Shown here piece by piece: positions 44,714-58,200 of a stretch of 64,000 nucleotides of DNA. The translations under genes and the position numbers were made by a program. The notes beneath the pieces are model-generated. The model did not search any database. It saw nothing but the letters and a program-made list of their open reading frames with translations, and had not been told where the DNA came from. Numbering within the stretch: position 1 is the stretch's first letter; the number at the start of each line of letters is the position of its first letter. The stretch is taken from positions 47,988,001 to 48,052,000 of the forward strand of contig OZ076415.1 in assembly GCA_964187785.1 (NCBI GenBank). The letters are read 5' to 3'. This DNA comes from Amphiscolops sp. MND2022 (lineage: Eukaryota).

Positions 44714-46348
44714 AAATTTATCTTGAAATTACCATTTTCCATCCTGTATAATCAATCCTAAGTAGTTTGACTCAGGAGAGGCAACTGCCTCAGCCAATTG
44801 AATATCACTGAAAGCATTCAATTCTTGAACAAAAAACTTTATTACTGGAAGGATAGGGAACACTGAACAGTGGCCTTTCCGACTGAATGGTTTTTATCAA
44901 GCCAGCGAGAAAGCAGTGGCTGAAAAACCACTAAGTAGAAATTGATAATCACCCATTTTCGGTCACTAAAATATAACTACTAACCAGGGCAATACAACTA
45001 CTATGTACTAACCAGGGCAGAGTCTGACAAATTTCGTGACGAATTTCAAGATTACTCGAACTAAACGGCACCAAGTTCCTACTACTGCACATTACAGAAA
45101 GGAAGTGCATTCAAAACAGATTCCTTGAAGTTCAAGCTGTGAGCGCTTTCTCTTCCTTTCAGATCACTTGACCAACGAAAAGCACAAATTGACAACATGG
45201 GAACCAACAAGAAAACAGCCACGACGGGACTCGAACCCAAACCCTTCTACATAGGAGACAGACACCTTATCCATTATGCCACGGAGCTGCGAGCATAAAA
45301 ACATTCAGCTAAAAGTGATCATTACCTGAAACGCAACGTCATCCATTCATCGTTCCAGCGCAGACCAACGAAAAGCACAGTGACAACATGAGAACCGTTA
45401 CGAAAACAGCCACGACGGCACTCGAACCCGCAATCTTCTACTTAGGAGGCAGACACCTTATCCATTAGGCCACGCGGCTGTGAGCATCCAAACATGAAGC
45501 TGAAGATGAAAGCTAACTGAAAAAGGGCGGAGTATTCTCTCGTGTAATATCGGAACTCAGCATCTGAGATAGAATCCAGGTCGAACTCGCGATGAAATCT
45601 AGCACAACGTCCGGGAGGTTAGGAAACGAAATCTACCACATTGAAAGCACAAAAACGCAACAATGAGAACAGACAAAAAAGCCGCGACGGGACTCGAACC
45701 CTCAATCTTCTACTTAGGAGGCAGACACCTTATCCATTAGGCCAAGCGACTGTGAGCATCCAAACATGAAGCTGAAGATGAAAGCTAACTGAAAAGGGAG
45801 GAGCATTTTCTCGTGTATTATCGGAACTCAGCATCTGACATAGAATCCAGGTCGAACCGCGATGAAATCTAGCACGACGTTCGGGAGGTTAGGAAACGAA
45901 GTCTACCACATTGAAAGCAACTGATAGCACAAACACGCAACAAAGAGAACAGACAAAAAAGGCGCGACGAGTGAGTCGAACCTAAAACCTTCTACATAGG
46001 AGATAGACACCTTATCTAATTTGCCACGCAGCAGCGAGCATCAAAACATTCACCTAAAAGTGGTCATTACCTGAAAACGCAACGTCATCTATTCATCGCT
46101 CCAGCGCAGGCGTACGAAAAGCACAAATTGACAACATGGGAACGAACACGAAAACAGCCAGGACGGGACTCGAACCCGCAATCTTCTACTCAGGAGGCAG
46201 ACGCTTCATCTATTAGGCCACGCGGCTGTGAGCATCAAAACAAGAAGCTGAAGGTTGTCATTACCAGAAAACGCAACGTCATCTAATCATTGTTCCAGCG
46301 CAGGCCAACAAAAAGCACAAATTAACAACATGGGAAGCAACAAGAAAA

Positions 46349-46421
46349 CAGCCACGACGGGACTCGAACCCGCAATCTTCTACTTAGGAGGCAGACGCCT
46401 TATCCATTAGGCCACGCGGCT
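46349..46421 (-). tRNA. tRNA-Arg: tRNA-Arg(CCT), representative intact copy of the array
   Basis: AGCCGCG TG GCCT AATGGATA AGGC G TCTGC CTCCTAA GTAGA AGATT GCGGG TTCGAGT CCCGT CGTGGCT G: all four stems pair, CCT anticodon, Arg-type A20 and G73, followed by TTTT. Confidence 0.93.
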
Positions 46422-49400
46422 GTGAGCATCCAAACATGAAGCTGAAGGTGATCATTGCCTGAAAACTCTACTTCATCCATTCATCGTTCCAGCGCAGACC
46501 AACGAAAAGAACAAATCGACAAAATGGGAACCATTACTAAAACAGCCACGACGGGACTCGAACCCGCAATCTTCTACTTAGGAGGCAGACGCCTTATCCA
46601 TTAGGCCACGCGGCTGTGAGCATCCTAACATGAAGATGAAGATGAAAGCTAACTCAAAAAGGCGGAGTATTCTCTCGTGTATTATCGGAACTCAGCGTCT
46701 GACGTAGAATTCAGGTCAAACTCGCGATGAAATCTAGCACAACGTTCGGGAGGTTAGGAAACGAAGTCTACCACGTTGAAAGCAACTGACAGCACAAACA
46801 CGCAACAAAGAGAACAGACAAAAAAGGCGCGACGGGAGTCGAACCTAAAACCTTCTACATAGGAGACAGACACCTTATCTGATATGCCACGCAGCTGCGA
46901 GCAGCAAATAATGCACCTAAAAGTGGTCATTACCTGAAAACGCAACGTCATCTATTCATTGTTCCAGCGCAGGCCAACAAAAAGCACAAATTGACAACAT
47001 GGGAACCAACAAGAAAACAGCCACGACGGGACTCGAACCCGCATTCTTCTACTTAGGAGGCAGACGCCTTATCCATTAGGCCACGCGGCTGTGAGCATCC
47101 AAACATGAAGCTGAAGATGAAAGCTAACTGAAAAAGGCTGTGTATTCTCTCGTGTATTATCGGAACTCAGCATCTGACATAGTATCCGGGTCGAACCGCG
47201 ATGAAATCTAGCACAACGTTCGGGAGGTTAGGAAACGATATCTACCATAATGAAAGCAACTGAAAGCACAAAAACGCAACAATGAGAACAGACAGAAAAA
47301 GGCGCGACGGGAGTCGAACCCAAAACCTTTTACATAGGAGACAGACACCTTATCCATTATACCACGCAGCTGCGAGCATCAAAACATGCACCTAAAATTG
47401 GTCATTACCTGAAAACGCAACGTCATCTATTCATTGTTCCAGCGCAGGCCAACAAAAAGCACAAATTGACAACATGGGAACCAACAAGAAAACAGCCACG
47501 ACGGGACTCGAACCCGCAATCTTCTACTTAGGACGCAGACGCCTTATCCATTAGGACACGCAGCTGTGAGCATCCAAACATGAAGCTGAAGATGAAAGCT
47601 AACTGAAAAAGGCGGTGTATTCTCTCGTGTATTATCGGAACTCAGCATCTGACATAGTATCCGGGTCGAACCGCGATGAAATCTAGCACAACGTTCGGGA
47701 GGTTAGGAAACGAAATCTACCACCATAATGAAAGCAACTGAAAGCACAAAAACGCAACAATGAGAACAGACAGAAAAAGGCGCGACGGGAGTCGAACCCA
47801 AAACCTTTTACATAGGAGACAGACACCTTATCCATTATGCCACGCAGCTGCGAGCATCAAAACATGCACCCGAAAGTTGTCATTACCTGAAAACGCAACG
47901 TCATCTATTCATTGTTCCAGCGCAGGCCAACAAAAAGCACAAATTGACAACATGGGAACCAACAAGAAAACAGCCACAAAGGGACTCGAACCCGCAATCT
48001 TCTCCTTAGGAGGCAGACGCCTTATCCATTAGGCCACGCTGCTGTGAGCATGCAAACATGAAGCTGAAGATGAAAGCTAACTGAAAAAGGCGGTGTATTC
48101 TCTCGTGTATTATCGGAACTCAGCATCTGACATAGTATCCGGGTCGAACCGCAATGAAATCTAGCACAACGTTCGGGAGGTTAGGAAACGAAATCTGCCA
48201 TAATGAAAGCAACTGAAAGCACAAGAACGCAACAATGAGAACAGACAGAAAAAGGCGCGACGGGAGTCGAACCCAAAACCTTTTACATAGGAGACAGACA
48301 CCTTATCCATTATGCCACGCAGCTGCGAGCATCAAAACATGCACCCGAAAGTTGTCATTACCTGAAAACGCAACGTCATCTATTCATTGTTCCAGCGCAG
48401 GCCAACAAAAAGCACAAATTGACAACATGGGAACCAACAAGAAAACAGCCACAAAGGGACTCGAACCCGCAATCTTCTACTTAGGAGGCAGACGCCTTAT
48501 CCATTAGGCCACGCGGCTGTGAGCATGCAAACATGAAGCTGAAGATGAAAGCTAACTGAAAAAGGCGGTGTATTCTCTCGTGTCACACGAGAGAAAACAC
48601 CGCCTTTTTCAATACGGTATTATCGGAACTCAGCATCTGACATAGTATCCGGGTCGAACCGCAATGAAATCTAGCACAACGTTCGGGAGGTTAGGAAACG
48701 AAATCTGCCATAATGAAAGCAACTGAAAGCACAAGAACGCAACAATGAGAACAGACAGAAAAAGGCGCGACGGGAGTCGAACCCAAAACCTTTTACATAG
48801 GAGACAGACACCTTATCCATTATGCCACGCAGCTGCGAGCATCAAAACATTCAGCTAAAAGTGGTCATTACCTGAAAACGCAACGTCATCTATTCATTGT
48901 TCCAGCGCATGCCAACGAAAAGCACAAATTGACAACATGGGAACCAACAAGAAAACAACCACGACGGGACTCGAACCCGCAATCTTCTACTTAGGAGGCA
49001 GACACCTTATCGATTAGGCCACGCAGCTGTGAGCATCCAAACATGAAGCTGAAGGCGATCATTGCCTGAAAAACCATATTCATCCATTCATCGTTCCAGC
49101 GCAGACCAACGAATAGAACAAATTGACAAAATGGGAGCCATTACGAAAACAGCCACTACGGGACTCGAACCCGCAATCTTCTACTTAGGAGGCAGATGCC
49201 TTATCCATTAGGCCACGTGGCTGTGAGCATCCAAACATGAAGCTGAAGATGAAAGCTAACTCAAAAAGGCGGAGTATTCTCTCGTGTATTATCGGAACTC
49301 AGCGTCTGACGTAGAATTCAGGTCGAACTCGCGATGAAATCTAGCACAACGTTCGGGAGGTTAGGAAACGAAGTCTACCACGTTGAAAGCAACTGACAGC

Positions 49401-52212
49401 ACAAACACGCAACAAAGAGAACAGACAAAAAAGGCGCGACGGGAGTCGAACCTAAAACCTTCTACATAGGAGACAGATACCTTATCTGATATGCCACGCA
49501 GCTGCGAGCATCAAAACATGCACCTGAAAGTGGTCATTACCTGAAAACGCAACGTCATCTATTCATTGTTCCGGCGCAGGCCAACAAAAAGCACAAATTG
49601 ACAACATGGGAACCAACAAGAAAACAGCCACGACGTGACTCGAACCCGCAATCTTCTACTTAGGAGGCAGACGCCTTATCCATTAGGCCACGCGGCTGTG
49701 AGCATCCAAACATGAAGCTGAAGATGAAAGCTAACTGAAAAAGGCGGAGTATTCTCTCGTGTATTATCGGAACTCAGCATCTGACATAGTATCCGGGTCG
49801 AACCGCGATGAAATCTAGCACAACGTTCGGGAGGTTAGGAAACGAAATCTACCATAATGAAAGCAACTGAAAGCACAAACACGCAACAAAGAGAACAGAC
49901 AAAAAAAGCGCGACGGGAGTCGAACCCAAAACCTTCTACATAGGAGACAGACACCTTATCCATTATGCCACGCAGCTGCGAGCATCAAAACATTCAGCTA
50001 AAAGTGGTCATTACCTGAAAACGCAACGTCATCTATTCATCGTTGCAGCACAGGCCTACGAAAAGCACAAATTGACAACATGGGAACGAACAAGAAAACA
50101 GCCAGGACGGGACTCGAACCCGCAATCTTCTACTTAGAAGGCACACGCTTCATCTATTAGGCCACGCGGCTGTGAGCATCAAAACAAGAAGCTGAAGGTT
50201 GTCATTACCCGAAAACGCAACGTCATCTATTCATTGTTCCAGCGAAGGCCAACAAAAAGCACAAATTGACAACATGGGAACCAACAAGAAAACAGCCACG
50301 ACGGGACTCGAACCCGCAATCTTCTACGTAGGAGGCAGACGCCTTATTCATTAGGCCACGCGACTGTGAGGATCCAAACATGAAGCTGAAGGTGATCATT
50401 GCCTGAAAACTCTACTTCATCCATTCATCGTTCCAGCGCAGACCAACGAAAAGAACAAATTGACAAAATGGGAGCCATTACGAAAACAGCCACTACGGGA
50501 CTCGAACCCGCAATCTTCTACTTAGGAGGCAGACGCCTTATCCATTAGGCCACGCGGCTGTGAGCATCCAAACATGAAGCTGAAGATGAAAGCTAACTCA
50601 AAAAGGCGGAGTATTCTCTCGTGTATTATCGGAACTCAGCGTCTGACGTAGAATTCAGGTCGAACTCGCGATGAAATTTAGCACAACGTTCGGGAGGTTA
50701 GGAAACGAAGTCTACCACGTTGAAAGCAACTGACAGCACAAACACGCAACAAAGAGAACAGACAAAAAAGGCGCGACGGGAGTCGAACCCAAAACCTTCT
50801 ACATAGGAGACAGACACCTTAACCATTATGCCACGCAGCTGCGAGCATCAAAACATTCAGCTAAAAGTGGTCATTACCTGAAAACGCAACGTCATCTATT
50901 CATCGTTGCAGCACAGGCCTACGAAAAGCACAAATTGACAACATGGGAACGAACAAGAAAACAGCTAGGACGGGACTCGAACCCGCAATCTTCTACTTAG
51001 AAGGCACACGCTTCATCTATTAGGCCACGCGGCTGTGAGCATCAAAACAAGAAGCTGAAGGTTGTCATTACCCGAAAACGCAACGTCATCTATTCATTGT
51101 TCCAGCGAAGGCCAACAAAAAGCACAAATTGACAACATGGGAACCAACAAGAAAACAGCCACGACGGGACTCGAACCCGCAATCTTCTACGTAGGAGGCA
51201 GACGCCTTATTCATTAGGCCACGCGACTGTGAGGATCCAAACATGAAGCTGAAGGTGATCATTGCCTGAAAACTCTACTTCATCCATTCATCGTTCCAGC
51301 GCAGACCAACGAAAAGAACAAATTGACAAAATGGGAACCATCACGAAAACAGCCACGACGGGACTCGAACCCGCAATCTTCTACTTAGGAGGCAGACGCC
51401 TTATCCATTAGGCCACGCGGCTGTGAGCATCCAAACATGAAGCTGAAGATGAAAGCTAACTGAAAAAGGCGGAGTATTCTCTCGTGTATTATCGGAACTC
51501 AGCATCTGACATAGAATCCAGGTCGAACCGCGATGAAATCTAGCACAACGTTCGGGAGGTTAGGAAACGAAATCTACCACACTGAAAGCAACTGAAAGCA
51601 CAAAAACGCAACAATGAGAAAAGACAGAAAAAGGCGCGACGGGAGTCGAACCCAAAACCTTCTACATAGGAGACAGGCACCTAATCCATTATGCCACGCA
51701 GCTGCGAGCATCAAAACATTCAGCTAAAGGTGGTCATTACCTGAAAACGCAACGTCATCTATTCATCGTTGCAGCGCAGGCCTACGAAAAGCACAATCTG
51801 ACAACATGGGAACCAACAAGAAAACAGCCAGGACGGGACTCGAACCCGCAATCTTCTACTTAGGAGGCACACGCTTCATCTATTAGGCCACGCGGCTGTG
51901 AGCATCAAAACAAGAAGCTGAAGGTTGTCATTACCTGAAAACGCAACGTCATCTATTCATTGTTCCAGCGAAGGCCAACAAAAAGCACAAATTGACAACA
52001 TGGGAACAAACAAGAAAACAGCCACGACGGGACTCGAACCCGCAAACTTCTACTTAGGAGGCAGACGCCTTATCCATTAGGCCACGCGACTGTGAGGATC
52101 CAAACATGAAGCTGAAGGTGATCATTGCCTGAAAACTCTACTTCATCCATTCATCGTTCCAGCGCAGACCAACGAAAAGAACAAATTGACAAAAGAGGAA
52201 CCATTACGAAAA

Positions 52213-52285
52213 CAGCCACGACGGGACTCGAACCCGCAATCTTCTTCTTATGAGGCAGACGCCTTATCCATTAGGCCACGCGGCT
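52213..52285 (-). pseudogene. tRNA-Arg-body copy with anticodon mutated to CAT
   Basis: Loop CTCATAA; the anticodon stem carries a G-A mismatch. Confidence 0.7.
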
Positions 52286-55200
52286 GTGAGCATCCAAACA
52301 TGAAGCTGAAGATGAAAGCTAACTGAAAAAGGCGGAGTATGCTCTCGTGTATTATCGGAACTCAGCATCTGACATAGAATCCAGGTCGAACCGCGATGAA
52401 ATCTAGCACAACGTTCGGGAGGTTAGGAAACGAAATCTACCACATTGAAAGCAACTGAAAGCACAAAAACGCAACAATGAGAAAAGACAGAAAAAGGCGC
52501 GACGGGAGTCGAACCCAAAACCTTCTACATAGGAGACAGGCACCTTATCCATTATGCCACGCAGCTGCGAGCATCAAAACATTCAGCTAAAAGTGGTCAT
52601 TACCTGAAAACGCAACGTCATCTATTCATCGTTGCAGCGCAGGCCTACGAAAAGCACAAATTGACAACATGGGAACGAACAAGAAAACAGCCAGGACGGG
52701 ACTCGAACCCGCAATCTTCTACTTAGGAGGCACACGCTTCATCTATTAGGCCACGCGGCTGTGAGCATCAAAACAAGAAGCTGAAGGTTGTCATTACCTG
52801 AAAACGCAACGTCATCTATTCATTGTTCTAGCGAAGGCCAACAAAAAGCACAAATTGACAACATGGGAACAAACAAGAAAACAGCCACGACGGGACTCGA
52901 ACCCGCAAACTTCTACTTAGGAGGCAGACGCCTTATCCATTAGGCCACGCGACTGTGAGGATCCAAACATGAAGCTGAAGGTGATCATTGCCTGAAAACT
53001 CTACTTCATCCATTCATCGTTCCAGCGCAGACCAACGAAAAGAACAAATTGACAAAAGGGGAACCATTACGAAAACAGCCACGACGCGACTCGAGCCCGC
53101 AATCTTCTTCTTAGGAGGCAGACGCCTTATCCATTAGGCCACGCGGCTGTGAGCATCCAAACATGAAGCTGAAGATGAAAGCTAACTGAAAAAGGCGGAG
53201 TATGCTCTCGTGTATTATCGGAACTCAGCATCTGACATAGAATCCAGGTCGAACCGCGATGGAATCTAGTACAACGTTCGGGAGGTTAGGAAACGAAATC
53301 TACCACATTGAAAGCAACTGAAAGCACAAAAACGCAACAATGAGAACAGATAGAAAAAGGCGCGACGGGAGTCGAACCCAAAACCTACATAGGAGGCAGA
53401 CAACTTATCCAACGCAGCTGCGAGCATCAAAACATTAACATAAATATGGTCATTACCTGAAAAGGCAACGTCATCTATTCATCGTTGCAGCGCAGGCCTA
53501 CGAAAAGCACAAATTGACAACATGGGAACCAACAAGAAAACAGCCAGGACGGGACTCGAACCCGCAATCTTCTACTTAGGAGACACACGCTTCATCTATT
53601 AGGCCACGCGGCTGTGAGCATCAAAACAAGAAGCTGGAGGTTGTCATTACCTGAAAACGCAACGTCATCTATTCATTGTTCCAGCGAAGGCCAACAAAAA
53701 GCACAAATTGACAACATGGGAACCAACAAGAAAACAGCCACGACGGGACTCGAACCCGCAATCTTCTACTTAGGAGGCAGACGCCTTATCCATTAGGCCA
53801 CGCGGCTGTGAGCATCCAGACATGAAGCTGAAGGTGATCATTGCCTGAAAACTCTACTTCATCCATTCATCGTTCCAGCGCAGACCAACGAAAAAAACAA
53901 ATTGACAAAACGGGAACAATTACGAAAACAGCCACGACGGGACTCGAACCCGCTATCTTCTACTTAGGAGGCAGACGCCTTATCCATTAGGCCACGCGGC
54001 TGTGAGCATCCAAACATGAAGCTGAAGATGAAAGCTAACTGAAAAAGGCGGGGTATTCTCTCGTGTATTATCGGAACTCAGCATCTGACATAGAATCCAG
54101 GTCGAACCGCGATGAAATCTAGCACAACTTTCAGGAGGTTAGGAAACGAAATCTACCATAATGAAAGCAACTGAAAGCACAAAAACGCAACAATGAGAAC
54201 AGACAGAAAAAGGCGCGACGAGAGTCGAACCTAAAACCTTCTACATAGGAGACAGACACCTTTTCCAATATGCCACGCAGCTGCGAGCATCGAAACATTC
54301 ACCTAAAAGTGGTCATTACCTGAAAACGCAACGTCATCTATTCATTGTTCCAGCGAAGGCGAACAAAAAGCACAAATTGACAACATGGGAACAAACAAGA
54401 AAACAGCCACGACGGGACTCGAACCCGCAATCTTCTACTTAGGAGGCAGACGCCTTATCCATTAGGCCACGCGACTGTGAGGATCCAAACATGAAGCTGG
54501 AGGTGATCATTGCCTGAAAACTCTACTTCATCCATTCATCGTTCCAGCGCAGACCAATGAAAAGAACAAATTGACAAAAGGGGAACCATTACGAAAACAG
54601 CCACGACGGGACTCGAACCCGCAATCTTCTTCTTAGGAGGCAGACGCCTTATCCATTAGGCCACGCGGCTGTGAGCATCAAAACATGAAGCTGAAGATGA
54701 AAGCTAACTGAAAAAGGAGGAGTATGCTCTCGTGTATTATCGGAACTCAGCAGCATCTGACATAGAATCCAGGTCGAACCGCGATGAAATCTAGTACAAC
54801 GTTTGGGAGGTTAGGAAACGGAATCTACCACATTGAAAGCAACTGAAAGCACAAAAACGCAACAATGAGAACAGACAGAAAAAGGCGCGACGGGAGTCGA
54901 ACCTAAAACCTACATAGGAGGCAGACAACTTATCCAACGCAGCTGCGAGCATCAAAACATTCCTATAAAAGTGGTCATTACCTGAAAACGCAACGTCATC
55001 TATTCATTGTTCCAGCGAAGGCCAACAAAAAGCACAAATTGACAACATGGGAACCAACAAGAAAACAGCCACGACATGACTCGAACCGGCAATCTTCTAC
55101 TTCGGAGGCAGACGCCTTATCCATTAGAATCCAGGTCGAACCGCGATGAAATCTAGCACAACGTTCGGGAGGTTAGGAAACGAAATCTACCACATTGAAA

Positions 55201-58200
55201 GCAACTGAAAGCACAAAAACGCAACAATGAGAAAAGACAGAAAAAGGCGCGACGCGAGTCGAACCCAAAACCTTCTACATAGGAGACAGACACCTTATTC
55301 ATTATGCCACGCAGCTGCGAGCATCAAAACATTCAGCTAAAAGTGGTCATTACCTGAAAACGCAACGTCATCTATTCATTGTTGCAGCGCAGGCCTACGA
55401 AAAGCACAAATTGACAACATCGGAACGAACAACAAAACAGCCAGGACGTGACTCGAACCCGCAATCTTCTACTTAGGAGGCACACGCTTCATCTATTAGG
55501 CCAAGCGGCTGTGAGCATCAAAACAAGAAGCTGAAGGTTGTCATTACCTGAAAACGCAACGTCATCCATTCATCGTTCCAGCGCAGACCAACGAAAAGAA
55601 CAAATTGACAAAAGGGGAACCATTACGAAAACAGCCACGACGGGACTCGAACCCGCAATCTTCTTCTTAGGAGGCAGACGCCTTATCCATTAGGCCACGC
55701 GGCAGTGAGCATCCAAACATGAAGCTGAAGATGAAAGCTAACTGAAAAAGGCGGAGTATGCTCTCGTGTATTATCGGAACTCAGCATCTGATATAGAATC
55801 CAGGTCGAACCGCGATGAAATCTAGTACAACGTTCGGGAGGTTAGGAAACGAAATCTACCACATTGAAAGCAACTGAAAGCACAAAAACGCAACAATGAG
55901 AACAGATAGAAAAAGGCGCGACGGGAGTCGAACCTAAAACCTTCTACATAGGAGGCAGACAACTTATCCAACGCAGCTGCGAGCATCAAAACATTCACAT
56001 AAAAGTGGTCATTACCTGAAAAGGCAACGTCATCTATTCATCATTGCAGCGCAGGCCTACGAAAAGCACAAATTGACAACATGGGAACGAACAAGAAAAC
56101 AGCCAGGACGGGACTCGAACCCGCAATCTTCTACTTAGGAGACACACGCTTCATCTACTAGGCCACGCGGCTGTGAGCATCAAAACAAGAAGCTGGAGGT
56201 TGTCATTACCTGAAAGCGCAACGTCATCTATTCATTGTTCCAGCGAAGGCCAACGAAAAGCACAAATTTACAACATGGGAACCAACAAGAAAACAGCCAC
56301 GACGGGACTCGAGCCCGCAATCTTCTACTTAGGAGGCAGACGCCTTATCCATTAGGCCACGCGGCTGTGAGCATCCAAACATGAAGCTGAAGGTGATCAT
56401 TGCCTGAAAACTCTACTTCATCCATTCATCGTTCCAGCGCAGACCAACGAATAGAACAAATTGACAAAATGAGAGCCATTACAAAAACAGCCACTACGGG
56501 ACTCGAACCCGCAATCTTTTACTTAGGAGGCTGACGCCTTATTCATTAGGCCACGCGGCTTGGAGCATCCAAACATGAAGCTGAAGATGAAAGCTAACTG
56601 AGAAAAGGGAAGTATTCTCGTGTATCATCGGAACTCAGCATCTGACATAGAATCCAGGTCGAATCGCGATGAAATCTAGCACAACGTTCGGGAGGTTAGG
56701 AAACGAAATCTACCACATTGAAAGCAACTGAAAGCACAAAAACCCAACAATGAGAAAAGACAGAAAAAGGCGCGACGCGAGTCGAACCCAAAACCTTCTA
56801 CATAGGAGACAGACACCTTATTCATTATGCCACGCAGCTGCGAGCATCAAAACATTCAGCTAAAAGTGGTCATTACCTGAAAACGCAACGTCATCTATTC
56901 ATTGTTGCAGCGCAGGCCTACGAAAAGCACAAATTGACAACATCGGAACGAACAACAAAACAGCCAGGACGTGACTCGAACCCGCAATCTTCTACTTAGG
57001 AGGCACACGCTTCATCTATTAGGCCAAGCGGCTGTGAGCATCAAAACAAGAAGCTGAAGGTTGTCATTACCTGAAAACGCAACGTCATCCATTCATCGTT
57101 CCAGCGCAGACCAACGAAAAGAACAAATTGACAAAAGGGGAACCATTACGAAAACAGCCACGACGGGACTCGAACCCGCAATCTTCTTCTTAGGAGGCAG
57201 ACGCCTTATCCATTAGGCCACGCGGCAGTGAGCATCCAAACATGAAGCTGAAGATGAAAGCTAACTGAAAAAGGCGGAGTATGCTCTCGTGTATTATCGG
57301 AACTCAGCATCTGATATAGAATCCAGGTCGAACCGCGATGAAATCTAGTACAACGTTCGGGAGGTTAGGAAACGAAATCTACCACATTGAAAGCAACTGA
57401 AAGCACAAAAACGCAACAATGAGAACAGATAGAAAAAGGCGCGACGGGAGTCGAACCTAAAACCTTCTACATAGGAGGCAGACAACTTATCCAACGCAGC
57501 TGCGAGCATCAAAACATTCACATAAAAGTGGTCATTACCTGAAAAGGCAACGTCATCTATTCATCATTGCAGCGCAGGCCTACGAAAAGCACAAATTGAC
57601 AACATGGGAACGAACAAGAAAACAGCCAGGACGGGACTCGAACCCGCAATCTTCTACTTAGGAGACACACGCTTCATCTACTAGGCCACGCGGCTGTGAG
57701 CATCAAAACAAGAAGCTGGAGGTTGTCATTACCTGAAAGCGCAACGTCATCTATTCATTGTTCCAGCGAAGGCCAACGAAAAGCACAAATTTACAACATG
57801 GGAACCAACAAGAAAACAGCCACGACGGGACTCGAGCCCGCAATCTTCTACTTAGGAGGCAGACGCCTTATCCATTAGGCCACGCGGCTGTGAGCATCCA
57901 AACATGAAGCTGAAGGTGATCATTGCCTGAAAACTCTACTTCATCCATTCATCGTTCCAGCGCAGACCAACGAATAGAACAAATTGACAAAATGAGAGCC
58001 ATTACAAAAACAGCCACTACGGGACTCGAACCCGCAATCTTTTACTTAGGAGGCTGACGCCTTATTCATTAGGCCACGCGGCTTGGAGCATCCAAACATG
58101 AAGCTGAAGATGAAAGCTAACTGAGAAAAGGGAAGTATTCTCGTGTATCATCGGAACTCAGCATCTGACATAGAATCCAGGTCGAATCGCGATGAAATCT

